Assembly (NCBI GenBank): GCA_951406725.2
Contig: OX597841.1
Location: 2,356,001 to 2,420,000, forward strand
Source: Octopus vulgaris
Lineage: Eukaryota
Direction: 5' to 3'
DNA length: 64,000 nt
Numbering within the stretch: the first letter of the stretch is position 1; the number at the start of each line of letters is the position of its first letter. Positions 39,695-53,255 of the stretch are shown in pieces. A model generated the notes under the pieces. The model did no database searches. It worked only from the letters and a program-made list of their open reading frames with translations, and had not been told where the DNA came from. Position numbers and translations under genes: made by a program.

Positions 39695-40796
39695 GTCCCT
39701 CAGTGTAGTAACTTGATTACACACAAACGTATTCATACTAGAGAGAAGTCTTACCACTGTGATGTCTGCAGCACATCATTCTCTGACCAAAGTGCCTTAA
39801 AGTCTTACATACAAAGTGTTCATACAGGGGAGAAGCCATTTCACTGTAACGGTGATAATGATGATGATTTGTGAGAAATCTTTCTCTAAAAACATTAGCT
39901 TGACTACACACAAACATTCATACAGGAGAGAAGCCTTATCATTGTGATGTCTGTTTTACGTCATTCTCTCATCGAAGTGCTTTTAATTCACAAATGTGTT
40001 TCCATACGGGGAAGAAGCCATTTCACTGTGACATCTGTAGTAAATCATTCTTTCAAAAATGTTACTTGCATAGACACAAACGTCTTCATACAGGAGAGAA
40101 GCCTTATCACTGTGATGTCTGTGGTACATCATTCTCTGACCGAAGCGCTTTAAGTTCTCACATACATGTTTATACAGGGGAAAGGCCGTTTCACTGTGAA
40201 TTCTGTGGCAAGTCATTCTCCGTAAGTGCTACATTGACTAGACATACACGTATTCATACAGGAGAGAAGCCATATTATTATGATATCTGTGGTACATCAT
40301 TCTCTCATCAAAGTGCCTTAAATTGTCACATTTGTGGTAAATCATTCTCTCAAAGTAATATCATGACTACACACAAACGTGTCCATACAGGATAGAAGCC
40401 AATATCACTGTAATATCTGTGGTAAATCATTCTATCAAAGTAGTACTTAAACTTCTCACAAACATGTTCATTCAAGAGAGACATATTCCTGTAATATCTG
40501 TGGTAAATCATTAACTTCTCCTGCCTTAACGTTTTTCTTATTTTATTTTACAAACAAATCCTTTCTAATGGTTTTAACTTGTGACCTCAGTTCAAATTGT
40601 AATTGACCAATTGGAGAGACTACTCTACTTAGACTTGCTCCATTGTGGACCATAGGTGGCACCCTAGGCAGTAATTTCTGTGAGTAAATTTTCTACAGTA
40701 ATTGTCTACTTTTACTTGAGTTTACTCCAATAGAATAGGTACTGCCCTTTGATAATTATGTTAGTATTTTCCTTATATATAGTTTCTTGATAACTT

Positions 40797-41142
40797 CATC
40801 ATCATCGTTTAGCGTCCGCTTTCCATGCTAGCATGGGTTGGACGGTTCAACTGGGGTCTGGGAAGCCAGAAGGCTGCACCAGGCCCAGTCTGATCTGGCA
40901 ATGTTTCTACGGCTGGATACCCTTCCTAACGCCAACCACTCCGTGAGTGTAGTGGGTGCTTTTTACGTGCCACTGGCACGGGGGCCAAGCAAGGCTGGCA
41001 AATGGCCACGATCGGATGGTGCTTTTTATGTACCACCGGCACAGAGGCCAGTCGGGGCAGCGCTGGCAACGGCCACATTCAGATGGTTCTCTTACGTACC
41101 ACCTGCACTGGTACCACAGCTGCAATTTCCATTTCCTTTCCA
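40797..41142 (-). mobile_element. SINE family B
   Basis: (CAT)n tail at 40797; (TA)n at the opposite end. Confidence 0.75.
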
Positions 41143-41510
41143 TATATATATATAAGTTAAGTTAAGTTGGCTCAAAAAGCAAAAAGCTAGGCCATGTAGG
41201 GGGACATGGAGTTATGTACAGGGGTGTTCATGCAAAGAATTCAGGCCATTTCTGGTCAAGAGAGACCTTCAACCGAGCGGTCTTCGGCATCTTCACTATC
41301 TCGTCCGGCAGCTTATTCCACGGATCTGCAACCCGGACGATTGATAAAAATGGTAAGATAAAAGAAAGAAAGAGACCTCGATATTATGTAAATAGAGGAA
41401 ATTTATCTGTAAATGTAATATGTGACAATTATTCGGTGGCCAAGATAAAACTCATGAGTTCCGGATGCCGAGGTGGAAATTCACACTGCCATCTCTTCAA
41501 TTATGCGGCC

Positions 41511-41569
41511 ATAACTGAAGAGATGGCGGCGTGAATTTCCATCTTGGCATCCGAAACTCAGAGTTTTAT
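41511..41569 (+). ncRNA. Minimal type I hammerhead ribozyme-like motif inside an inverted repeat
   Basis: ataa-CTGAAGA-gatg...catcc-GAAA-ctcagag-TT-ttat. Confidence 0.55.
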
Positions 41570-41879
41570 CTTGGCCACCGATTTCCAGGGTGAAGAGAAA
41601 ACATGCTTTCAACAAGTTGGCATCTTGTATATATAATAAAGTAGCAGTAATGCTCGTCATTGAGTTACTTTTACTGCTTCTGGGCAGCCACGTTCAAAGT
41701 ATTATTATATATATAATTTACTCCTCCTGTATGTGTGTATTTTTATAATAAAAAATATGTAATAATTGAATTAGAAAAAAGATAAATTTTATGCATGAAC
41801 TTCTGTTTGTTTGTTACATGACAATAATAAATGAATTTTATGAGTTATTGTATTTATCAATCCAGTAATGGCAATTATT

Positions 41880-42440
41880 GATAATAATAATAATGAAATT
41901 ATTGTATACAGTGCTCGGGTGCACCACAACTTGTCAAAAGTGCGTGTAAAGCATATGCAGTAATGTACAAATGTCTGGAAAGTGAACAATGTATGAGTCA
42001 GATACATGCTTGCTTGTGTGTATGGAGGGGAGAAAATCAGGTGTAGTGTTGGCGAATCTCAGGAAGCATGGAAGTTTTGAAGGATGCAGTGCTCCGACAA
42101 TAATAATAACAACCCTTCCTTTCCTATTTTATATCCTTCATATGTCCTTCTCTTTTACTTTCTTCTCTCTTTCCCTGTCTCCTTTTAAATGCCAACTTTA
42201 ACATTTCCCTTCTTTTATATAAACATATATTATGTATGTGTGTGTGTTATATATTTTGTATATTATGTATGTGTATATATGTATATACTTTTATTCTTGT
42301 ACTTGTTCCACTCATAAAAAAAATAATGAAATTATTGTATACAGTGCTCAGGTGCACCACAACTTGTCAGAAAGTACGTATAAAGCATATGCAGTAATGT
42401 ACAAATGTCTGGGAAGTGAACAGTGTATGAGTCATAGATG
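41880..42440 (-). mobile_element. Two CR1-like 3' UTR fragments
   Basis: Similar to 4642-4840 (TACAGTGCTCAGGTGCAC...) with short AAT tails. Confidence 0.7.
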
Positions 42441-43614
42441 CTTGGGGCCAGGCGAGGCTGGCAACGACCGTGAATTGGATGGTGCTTTTTATGTGTCACC
42501 GGCACGGTGGACAGGCGAGGCTGGCAACGGCCACGATTGGGCGGTGCTTTTTATGTGCCACCGGCACTGGTATCACAGCTGCAATTTCCATTGATGTTGA
42601 TCGACTTCAATTTTGGTTCTGATTTCTGATTTCCACTTGCCTCAACGGAATGTCATGTAATTTTGTTTCATTTTTATTCTTCTACTTTTAATTCGAATTA
42701 TATCCCAATGTGAATGGCATTATCCATTGGCAACTTTCTGTCTTTACGGCTATGACAGCAGAATGGTATGTCAGTTGCAAATTTACTGTTAAATTAGCAG
42801 TTCATACAAATGCTTGTATTTGGTTAATTTGATTGATTGATTGATTGATTCTAGTTTCAGCTTATGAGCTGTGGCCATGCTGGGGCACCGCCATTATATT
42901 TGTTTATATTTGGTTAATATTTGTGGCACTCTGTCAGTTAGGACAAGAGTTCCAGTTGATCCGATCAACGAAACAGCCTGCCCATGGAATTGACATGCAA
43001 GTGGCTAAGCACTCCACAGACATGTGTACCCTTAACGTAGCTCTCGGGGGAGATTCAGCGTGACACAGAGTGTGACAAGGCTGGCCCTTTGAAATACAGG
43101 TAGAACAGAAACAGGAAGAAAGAAAGTGGTGGTGAAAGAATACAGCAGGGTTCGCCACCAGCCCCTGCCAGAGCTTCATGGAGATTTAGGTGTTTTTGCT
43201 CAATAAATACTCACAACGCCCGGCTTGGGAATCAAAACAGCAATCCTATAACTGCGAGTCCGCTGCCCTAACTACTGGGCCATTGCACCTCCGTTAATAG
43301 TTGATAGTCATACATCTATATGAATAGATACTGCATACAGAAATAAAGACATGCATCATACATACAACTGCTTACAATAATAGAGATTACTGTGTAATTT
43401 AGTCTGTGTTCATAATTCTTGGTTTACAATATTGAAAAAAATATGCCACCAAAGAAAAGATGCAATCTCTCCAGAAACTGTTATAACTGGTGTGTGAGGA
43501 ATGAACACAGTCACCTTTACCACAACCAGTGAGAATATGGGCCTCAATGCAGTCCCTCATTGGTTTGTGCACAATCTTTTACCATTGCATAATTTTTGTT
43601 GAGAGAAGTTAGGC

Positions 43615-44187
43615 AACAGCATAATAGCTTCATTTGATCCATTTACTTTCATTTTGGAGGACAAACAAACACACAAACCAACAGAATCTCTCTTATATAT
43701 ATATGTAAATAAGAAGAAAAAAAACAATAGTTTTCCCTGAACCATTTACTTTCATTTTGGAGGACAAACAGACAGAATCTCTGTCATATATATATATATA
43801 TATATAGATAGATAGATAAAGATAAAAGGAAAAAGCATTGTAGTTTCCCTGGATAAGAAAAAAAGCATAATAGTTTCCCTTGAACCATTTACTTTCATTT
43901 CTGAGGACAAACAAACACACAAATGGACAGAATCTCTCTTTTATGTCTATAAATAAGCTAAGAAGGAAAAGTATAATAGTTTCTCTAGGTAAGAAGTAAA
44001 AGCATAATAGTTCCCCTTGAACCATTTACTTTGATTTTGAAGGACAAACACGAACGGACAGAATTTCTTTTATATTTTTAAATAACATAAGAAAAAGTAA
44101 AACAGTTTCCCTTGAACCATTTACTTTCATTTTGGAGGACAAACAAATAAACAAACACAAATGGACAGAATCTCTACTTTATATATA
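43615..44187. repeat. Five diverged tandem units of about 100-140 bp
   Basis: CCATTTACTTTCATTTTGGAGGACAAACA...ACAGAATCTC recurs near 43639, 43742, 43886, 44022 and 44118. Confidence 0.85.
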
Positions 44188-47100
44188 TCTCTCTATATAT
44201 AAAAGGCAGTTTGTCAGGTTGTACCCTCACCCTGACCACGGCTTTCAACCGACTCTAACGAAACTTGACACACACATAGCCCAATATCATAATTCAAAAC
44301 TAACGCAGCGAAAAGTTTGAAAAGTTCCCCCAGTTCTGAAAAAATTCGATAAATTTGACATGGGGTCGAGAATCTAAGCTTATCGTATGCAACACATTTT
44401 CCATTGTAGTTTTCGCAACTTGCAATCGATTTTCACCAAACTCATGGTGAAGCTTAATGTTACCCTAAGGAACTTAATTCTGACGTTAGTTTTTCATGCA
44501 ATACCTTACCATCAGAAAAAATTCGATAAAATCATGCCATTTTGGGAAATCGCGTTCAAATTCAAGATGACATATTTTCAACAATATCTTTAACAAATTG
44601 GCAGGAATTTTTTTGGAAATTCATAGCGAGCATCATGTCTGCTCCAAGGAGCTATATGACCCTTTTGATTCCAATAGGATACGTTATTACTGGAAAAAAT
44701 CAGTTAATTACATCATATGTGGCACACATAGCGAATTTCAGGCGATTTAGTCGATTTTTGCCGCTTTTATCATAAAGGCTACTAGAAATGGCATGTTTTC
44801 CTTTTGCTTCAAATCCGAGCAATGTTGGGCTGTAGATGCGTTTGCGGTTGTGTGCGCACGTGCGCGTGTGTCCTTGACACGATGATTGCAGCTCTTCCCA
44901 TTGGCTCCCCAAACGGTGAACAATGCTCTCAATTAAACACCCTTTGGCCAATCACATGCACTGACACACTCAGTTGTGCGCGTATAGTTTCTGACTCCCA
45001 CTTCTTCTCTCGGTTCACACCCGCTCGCTTCACACGTTGGCCTATTTCTGCTAATCGCTGCTGCAGCCGCAAGTTATTCGAATACTTTTTTATTTAAACT
45101 TTCTTTATAACTACCACCCCAAACGTTTTACCTTAAATTTTTGACGTACCCTAAGGGTCCTCGGGCGCTACTTGCAAACTCTAAGCCGCTTTTGTCGTGT
45201 GCACCAAAAAGCCATTTCCATTTGTTTGTTCAGTTTGGTCACTTTTTCGTTGTTGTCACTCACATTGCTGCCCGCTTTTTTTCCATTTTTGCACATTTTC
45301 ATACATTTTGAGATACTTACCCACGTGTTCCTTTTTATTACACCTTTGCCAAACACATTGCTATCCACCAAAATGCCACCCAAGAAGAGAAGGAACCTCC
45401 TCAGCCCTCGGACGTCCAAGGCATCGGCTGCTAGGGCTAGAAGGGCACGCGAGACCCACGAGGAAACCGCTTTGCGCCTCTCGCAAAAAGCTTCCCGTTC
45501 TGCCGCTGCTCAGGCATCTGAAACTACTAGCGACTGTTCTACCCGACTTGCAAAGGCCGCAGCGTACAGATCTTCCCTCCGCTCGAGGTTGACGAAAGAG
45601 CAACAGTCCAGGCAAAACATGCGGGCTTCTTCCTGTGCTTCCATCAGCAGAGCTCACGAGAACCCCGAACAAAGGGCCAATCGGAATGCGGCTAACGCTG
45701 CTAGCACCACCAGGACACGATCTGTCGAAACCCCACAGCAGAGGAAAACTCGCCAAGCTGCTGACGCTGCAAACACAGCCATGGCCCGATCTGCCGAAAC
45801 ACCTCAACAGAGGAGAGCTCGCCAAGAACCTAACGCCGCAAACACAGCCATGACCCGATCTGCCGAAACTCCAGACCAACAAACTATTCGGACATCCAGA
45901 GATGCCATTAACACTGCTTCTGCTAGGGCTTCAGAGGGTGCTGAGGCGAGAGCTGAAAGGCTTTCAAGGGATGCCACTGCTACCGCTGTCGCACGCGCAT
46001 CTCAATCTGCTGAGGCACGGCGCACTCGACTTGAGAGTATCAACCAACGTCGGGATATCATTCGTGGTGTACGTACCCCTGCCCCCGATTTCTGGTCGTC
46101 ACTAGCATTCAACTACGACACCACAATTAACTTCTCCTTGCGTGACGACATCAAGATAGGGTCAATGACAATTGTATGCCAGTTTTGCAAAGCCAAGAAA
46201 TGGCCCAGAGAGCCACCTTGTTTGTGCTGCTCTGGTGGCAAAGTGGACCTGCCACCCCTACGGGAACAACCTCAACCACTGAAGGATCTCGCAGCGGGTT
46301 TAACCCCTGAATCGTCACAATTCCTTGAAATCATTCAAAAGTACAACTGCTCATTCCAAATGACCTCTTTCGGGGCCAAAATTCCTCCTAGAGAAGGCTG
46401 GATGCCTACTTTCAAAGTGCAGGGACAGGTCTACCATCTTATTGGGTCACTTCTGCCAGATGAGATTCAGCAGTCTTCTTTCCTCCAAATCTACTTCATT
46501 GCCGACTACAACCAGCAGGTTGATGCACGTCTTGGAATAATACCGGGTACATGCTATGTTTCCCGCAAAGACATTCTTCTCCGTCTCCAAACCATGCTTC
46601 ATGATATCAACAGCTACGTCTGCAGGTTCAGGTATGCCTTGGACAGTGCTCCGTCTCCAAACTTCACCGTTGTCATTGATGCTGATAAACGACCCCACGA
46701 GGTGCACGAACGCCGTTTCAACGCACCTGCGTGCTACGAAATTGCCGCAGTCATACACGGAGAGTAACACAACAGCCGTGACATAATCATCTCCTCCCGT
46801 GGTAACAGCCTACGCAGGATCAGCGAGACTCACAGATCTTATGACACGCTTCAGTATCCATTGCTTTTCCCTTATGGGGAAGACGGCTACCACTTCGGAA
46901 TTCCTTTACCGCAGCCCTCCAATCAAACTACTGCGGCATCAAAGACGGTTTCCTGCAGAGCGTTCTACTCATACCGGTTCATGGTCAGGGAGGGTGAGTT
47001 CAACTTATTGCCCCGTTGTCGTCAGCTATTCAACCAGTTCGCCGTCGACATGGCCGCCAAAATGGAATCGGAAAGGCTGCTATACATTAAACTTAATCTT

Positions 47101-50100
47101 CGCTCCGATTCCTACATTCATCTCCGTGACGGCTTGCAACAAGAAAATGACCCTCGCAACATCGGCAAGCCATGCATTCTACCCTCCACCTTCACGGGAG
47201 GACCGCGATATATGCGTGAAAGGACCCAAGACGCCTTGACCTACGTGTGCATTTACGGCCGGCCGGACCTCTTTATCACCTACACGTGCAATCCCAACTG
47301 CGACGAAATCACTCGCGAACTCCTCCCGGGTCAGTCTCACACCCATCGACACGACATCGTTGCTTGGGTTTTCCGTCTGAATTTGGGCAAAATGATGGAT
47401 TTGATAGTTAAGGGTCAGATTTTCGGGCATGCCAGGTGCCACATGCTTTCGGTCGAGTGGCAAAAGAGGGGCTTGCCACATGCTCACATCTTAATTTGGC
47501 TAACTAATAAAATCGAGACTAATGACATTGACAAATTCATTTCCGCCGAGATTCCTGACCCCGATGAGGACCCTGAACTGTACGAAATTGTCCGCACTAC
47601 CATGGTACACGGGCCCTGTGGACCAAATTACGCCAACACACCATGCTGCAAAAATGGATTAGCCTGCTCAAAGGGATTCCCTAAACGGTTCACTTTGGAG
47701 ACTCAAACAGGCGGCGATGGGTATCCGCTGTACAAACGAAGGAGTCCAGCCAATGGAGGCCGCACGATTACGGTTGGGCTACATCAAGTGGACAACAGCT
47801 ACATTGTCCCCTACTGTCCTCTCCTGTCGAAGATATTCAAAGCCCACGTCAATGTTGAGTTCTGCAGCTCCATCAGGTCAATACAATATGTCTGCAAATA
47901 TATCAACAAGGGCAGCGATGCTGCCATGTTCAGCATCCAGAGGACCACCAGTCGTGACGAAGTGTCCAACTACTTGGCAGGCCGGTACCTCAGCAGCAAC
48001 GAAGCGTTTTGGCGCATTTACGGCTTCCCGCTCCATCAGAGACACCCGGCTATGGTGCAGCTTGCTGTACACTTGGAAAATGGACAGCGGATTTACTTCA
48101 CAGAGCAAACTGCTGCACAGGTAGCCACCAACCCTAAAGACACAACGTTGACCGGTTTCTTCAAATTATGCCAACGTGATGACTTCGCTTGAACGCTTTT
48201 GTACCCCCAGGTCCCATCGTACTTCGTGTGGTCTAACAACACCTGGGTTCGACGGAAATCCGGCAAAAACGTCGAAGGCCTCCCAGGCATCAAGTTTGAC
48301 TCCTGCTTGGGTCGTGTTTACAACATCCCGCCAAACCAGCAAGAATGCTTCTACCTCCGCCTACTTCTACATGAGGTCACTGGTCCAACAGGTTTCGGCA
48401 ATATACGTACCGTCAATGGGGTTCTGTGCGACACCTTCAGGGAAGCATGTATGAGACTTGGCCTTCTAGAGGATGACTCCCAGTGAGACGCCACTATGGT
48501 AGAGGGCGCTTTACTGTAAACGCCTTCGGCCCTACGACATCTTTTCGCAATCCTTCTTCAAAAATGTCAGCTTAGTGACCCACTAAGTCTCTGGATGAAA
48601 TACAGGGATGACATGTCGCAGGACTTCTTACGTACGGCTCAGCAACACTGCCCTTCCGCCGAGATCACGTTCACCAACTTCAATTACAATTTTGCGCTTA
48701 TTCAACTCGAAGACGCTGTCATCGATATGGGTGGCTCTGCTTTAACGGAGTACGGCCTTCCACCACCCACATGTGAACACGCCAATGTTATGTCTGCTGA
48801 ATTGTTACGCGAAACTTCCTACTGCATTGTGGAACTGCACCAGTACGTCCAAGATAATGAACCACGACTGATTCCAGACCAGTGCATAGCCTACAACACC
48901 ATCGTAGACTCTGTCAGACAGCAACGTCGGGGGATTTACTTCCTTGACGCACCTGACGGCACTGGCAAAACCTTCGTCACGAAACTAATTTTGGCGGAGG
49001 TCAGACGCAACACAGACATTGCCCTGGCTGTAGCTTCCTCTGGTATCGCGGTCACGTTGCTTCCGGGTGGCAGAACCGCCCGCTCGATCTGGCAAAGTCC
49101 GAGTCACCTATCTGCAACATCGTCAAGAACTCAGAACAGGCCGACATTCTGTGCAGATGCAAACTCATCGTATGGGACGAGTGCACTATGGCACACAAAG
49201 GCGCCCTTGAGGCACTGGACAGGTCCCTGCAAGACACCAGAGACTCTACGGGCCCCATGGGAGGATTGACTTAACTTCTTTCAGGAGACTTCAGGCAGAC
49301 TCTAACTGTTATTCCAAAAGGAACCCGTGCCGATGCCGTGCGCGCGTGCCTTAAGTCGTCAACTCTTTGGGTACATGTGCGGCCCTTGCACCTCCAAGCT
49401 AACATGCGCGCGCAGTTGATTGGTGACAGCGGATCCACTGCATTCTCCAGGGACCTTTTATCGCTCGGTGAAAATAGGATGCCGGCTAATGTGGATGGCT
49501 GCGTTCAATTGGACTCACTTTGCACCACTGTCGACACCCCTGCTAGCCTCCGGGACGCTGTCTTCAACGACCTACAAAACAATTTACGCGACCTAAAATG
49601 GCTGGCAAGCAGAGCTATTCTCGCACCCAAAAATACAACGGTCAACTCCATCAATATCCAGCTACTTGAAGCTATTCCTGGTGATGTCCCCATCTACAAA
49701 TCTATAGATAGGACAGCAGACCACGCCGAGCTTGCCGATTATCCTGTTGAATTCCTGAATTCACTTGAACCGCCAGGCCTACCGCCACACATCCTGAAGT
49801 TAAAAGTCGGTGTGCCCTTTATGCTCATCACGAATTTGGTTCCACCTAAACAGTGCAACGGCACACGTCTGGTTGTGAAACATTTGGCACCACATTTAAT
49901 AACGGCCACAATACTTACCGGTTGTGGGAAGGGAGAGGACGTCTTCATTCCACGCATGCACCTTCAACCGTCGGGCGCTGACCTACCAATCCACTTCAGG
50001 CGTTCTCAGTTTCCTGTTAAACTCTGCTTCACAATGTCCATCAATAAATCCCAAGGCCCAAACGCTACAAGTCGCTGGGTTACATTTGGGCGAACAGTGT

Positions 50101-50340
50101 TTCGCCCACGGTCAACTCTACGTGGGCTGTTCACGCGTTGGGAGGCACAATGATGTTTTCATGTTTTCGCCCAAAGGGACAGCTAGGAACATCGTATACA
50201 CAGAAGTATTCGAGTGAAGAGAAGACATTGCAACCTACACATGCGCCTTCGTTCCCTAGAGGGAAAGAAACTAGATTGGGATTAGTCGTTGCCTACTAGG
50301 GGCTCTTACATACCCGGGCAACGCCGGGCTATGCTGTTAG
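44188..50340 (+). mobile_element. Full-length Helitron (inactivated)
   Basis: 5' A|TCTCTCTATATATAAAA; 3' hairpin CCCGGGCAACGCCGGG (50313-50328) then TTAG|T; contains RepHel coding sequence. Confidence 0.92.
45373..50217 (+). pseudogene. Helitron RepHel (HUH Rep plus PIF1-like SF1 helicase), disrupted
   Basis: CxxC...CC zinc motif, VEWQKRGLPHAHIL (HUH), YVCKYINKG, DAPDGTGKT (altered Walker A), SINKSQG, HGQLYV; stops at 46765, 48190, 48484, 48517 and frameshifts near 49085 and 50058. Confidence 0.92.
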
Positions 50341-50413
50341 TATGTATATATATCTGTAGGTGTATATATATCTGAGTTTATATATGAATATGCATGTATA
50401 TATAATATTCTGC

Positions 50414-51372
50414 GGATCTTTTCTTTTTGAAGGCCAGATTTTCCTAGTTAACTAAAAAATTTGAAACTTCGTATACTGGTAGAATGTGTCAAAAGAAAAC
50501 ATTATTGTAAACAAAATTGTAATTTGTAACTTAAACGTAGTTTAATTTTTACGAATTTTAACCAATGAAATCCCAACATCTTCGAATATTAACCAATGAA
50601 ATCCCAACATTGCTGCGTTATCGATATTGATAAAGAAATATAGCAGACGCACGACACACACACACACACACACACATTTGCACAAGCACATAGTAATTAA
50701 TATATAAGCGTACACACACATACAAACGGACATATACATACACACACATACGCACACAAGCAAAAATACACGTTCGTGTTTTGCCACTTGCCGCAACAAA
50801 TTTGCACAGAAGCGGGGGTGGGGTCAATGTTTCATCGATTCGGGGTCGATAAATTAAGTACCAATTACGCACTGGTGTCGAGGATTTTTTTTCCCAATTT
50901 ATATCACAGCTTCCGACAAGCTTTTATGAAAAAATATTTCACAAATTTTTACAATACAACTAACACTCCACGCGCAAACTCGAGACCGATTTAGGCATAT
51001 TATTGTTTTGTTTTTGTTGTTTCTGGCCCTTCAAAACCATGGGAGAAGCCTTTTCAGTAAAAAAAAATAAAGAAAATATTCAAAAAATATCGTTAATATT
51101 TTTATTGGGCGACGAAATTAATCGATTTAAGAGATATAGCTGTTATTTCTAGCACATGTAGAAGACAGAAGAAGAGGTAAATAATTTGAGCTCGAATGCT
51201 GCGATTTCATTGGTTAAAATTCTTAAAATTAAACTATGTTTAAGTTACGAATTACAATTTTGTTTTCAATTTTGTTTACAATAATGTTTTCTTTTGACAC
51301 ATTCTACCAGTATACGAAGTTTCAAATTGTTTAGTTAACTAGGAAAATCTGGCCTTCAAAAAGAAAAGATCC
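50414..51372. mobile_element. Foldback/MITE-like element with long terminal inverted repeats
   Basis: GGATCTTTTCTTTTTGAAGGCCAG...GTAAACAAAATTG (50414-50519) is nearly the exact reverse complement of 51267-51372; related ends at 18560-18690, 33800-33891, 51545-51629. Confidence 0.8.
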
Positions 51373-51953
51373 CAGAAATGTAAATAAACCGAATCTGTTT
51401 TTTAAACAAGGGACATTTTCATACGGCACAGAATGTTTTCACCTCAATAGACATCATTGATTGGTTAAAATTGCAGAAATTGAAGAAAAAAACAACAACA
51501 AATATCTTACAAACTAGCCAAGAGAAAAAGATGTTTTATTTTGACACATTCTACCAGTATACGAAGTTTAAAAGTGTTTAGTTACGTGGAAATTATTTTA
51601 AAAAACTGCCGTTCGAACCAAAAGGATCCCAAAGTCCGAGTTTTCTTTTCCTTAGTGAAAATCGTGTGGGTGAAAGGATCAATGGGGTGAAATTTCCAAG
51701 GCTTCTACCTCACCCCTTCCTGTTTTCCGGACCCAAAAAAGGGTTTTGTAGCATATTAGGAGGTCACCAGAATTCATTCAATGAAAAAATAAACAAAAAG
51801 AATCCAATGATTCCTTGATTCCTCACAGAAAATGGTGTGGGTGAAAGGATCGAAATTTACTCCCAACACACTCACTCGCACACGGATAGATACACATGAA
51901 AGACAATGTGTGAGGGTGCAACCGTGTTCACTGTTCCGCTGCAAAAAATAAAC

Positions 51954-52125
51954 AGGCGCAGGAGTGGCTGTGTGGTAAGTAGCTTGCTAACCAACCACAT
52001 GGTTCCGGGTTCAGTCCCACTGCGTGGCATCTTGGGCAAGTGTCTTCTGCTATAGCCCCGGGCCGACCAAAGCCTTGTGAGTGGATTTGGTAGACGGAAA
52101 CTGAAAGAAGCCCGTCGTATATATG

Positions 52126-52161
<36 letters not shown>

Positions 52162-52318
52162 GGCACAGAAGTGGCTGTGTGGTAAGTAGCTTGCTAACCA
52201 ACCACATGGTTCCAGGTTCAGTCCCACTGCATGGCATCTTGGGCAAGTGTCTTCTGCTATAGCCCCGGGCCGACCAAAGCCTTGTGAGTGGATTTGGTAG
52301 ACGGAAACTGAAAGAAGC
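51954..52318 (+). mobile_element. Two tandem SINE family A heads separated by (TA)n
   Basis: Head sequence at 51954-52120 and again at 52162-52318. Confidence 0.85.
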
Positions 52319-52389
52319 AAAAAGTTCAACAATGCTCTACTGCATGAGTAGCAGAGGTATGAACTGTTCCAGATTGCTGATGTGGTGTA

Positions 52390-53255
52390 TGGACAGATAA
52401 TGGTTTAGTGACAATGGAAAGAGTGAAACACGGAAGTGCTGCTGTGAGATTTTAAATGTGGAGAATGCACAAGTGGCAGAGATTCTTCCCAAAGATGACA
52501 GCAGTATGATGGAGGAAGCAATTAAGGATATGAAGCCAGGAAAAGCCCTTGGTCCATCAGGAATTACCACCGAAATGCTTGAAATATCTAGCAGAGTAGG
52601 ACACAGCTTAGTTAGCCATGCAGCAAATCAGGTTGTACAGGAAGGTGCCATACCCAATGTCAGCATCAAAGTCAACTGTCACAAAGGTATAAGATGCTTT
52701 AGGGAAAGGAAATTATAGAGGCATCAAATTGCTGGACTGGGTCAGGAAATTTACAGAAAAGGGGTAAAGGGCAACGACCCACTTTGGTCATGGATGACCA
52801 TGGGATTGCACCAAGAAAGTTCCTCTCCAAGGCACAAGTCCAGGCAAGGTTGTTTTATGGAAAACCAGGAGTCGCTCATGTATACCAGCCTCCCCTCTCA
52901 AAGCCATTGATGCTATCCAAGGGAAAGGCAAAGGGGCCGATACAGCTTGGCACCAGAGACATCACAATTCATTTCTACAGCTGAGTGAACTGGAGCAACA
53001 TGAAATAAAGAGTCTGGCTCAAGAACACAACACATAGCCCAGCCCAGGAATTGAAACCACTACCTCATGATTGTGAGCCTCAACACTCTAACCACTGAGT
53101 CAGAGAGTGATACAGTTCAGTTTTATACCAGAGAAAAGTACTACAGATGCTCTCTTTATTATGAAACAATTACTGTAGAAGCATTTAGCTAAAAGTAAAC
53201 CACTGTACTTGGTTGACCTGGAGAAAGCCCACAACAAGATCCCTTGCTCAGTGAT
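52390..53255 (+). mobile_element. Decayed RTE-like LINE RT fragment interrupted by a SINE
   Basis: KALGPSGITTEML, NYRGIKLL, STTDALF and VDLEKA remnants. Confidence 0.65.

Larger units (their letters stand above)
38776..40515 (+). pseudogene. Decayed C2H2 finger array, interrupted by a SINE and hAT-type fragments
   Basis: Frameshifted HTGEKP/CDIC units at 38776-38940 and 39700-40515; residual ORF 39994..40395. Confidence 0.85.

Noticed and set aside
45172-48192. 531-aa and 443-aa ORFs as independent host genes
   Set aside because: They are in-frame pieces of one Helitron RepHel split by stop codons.
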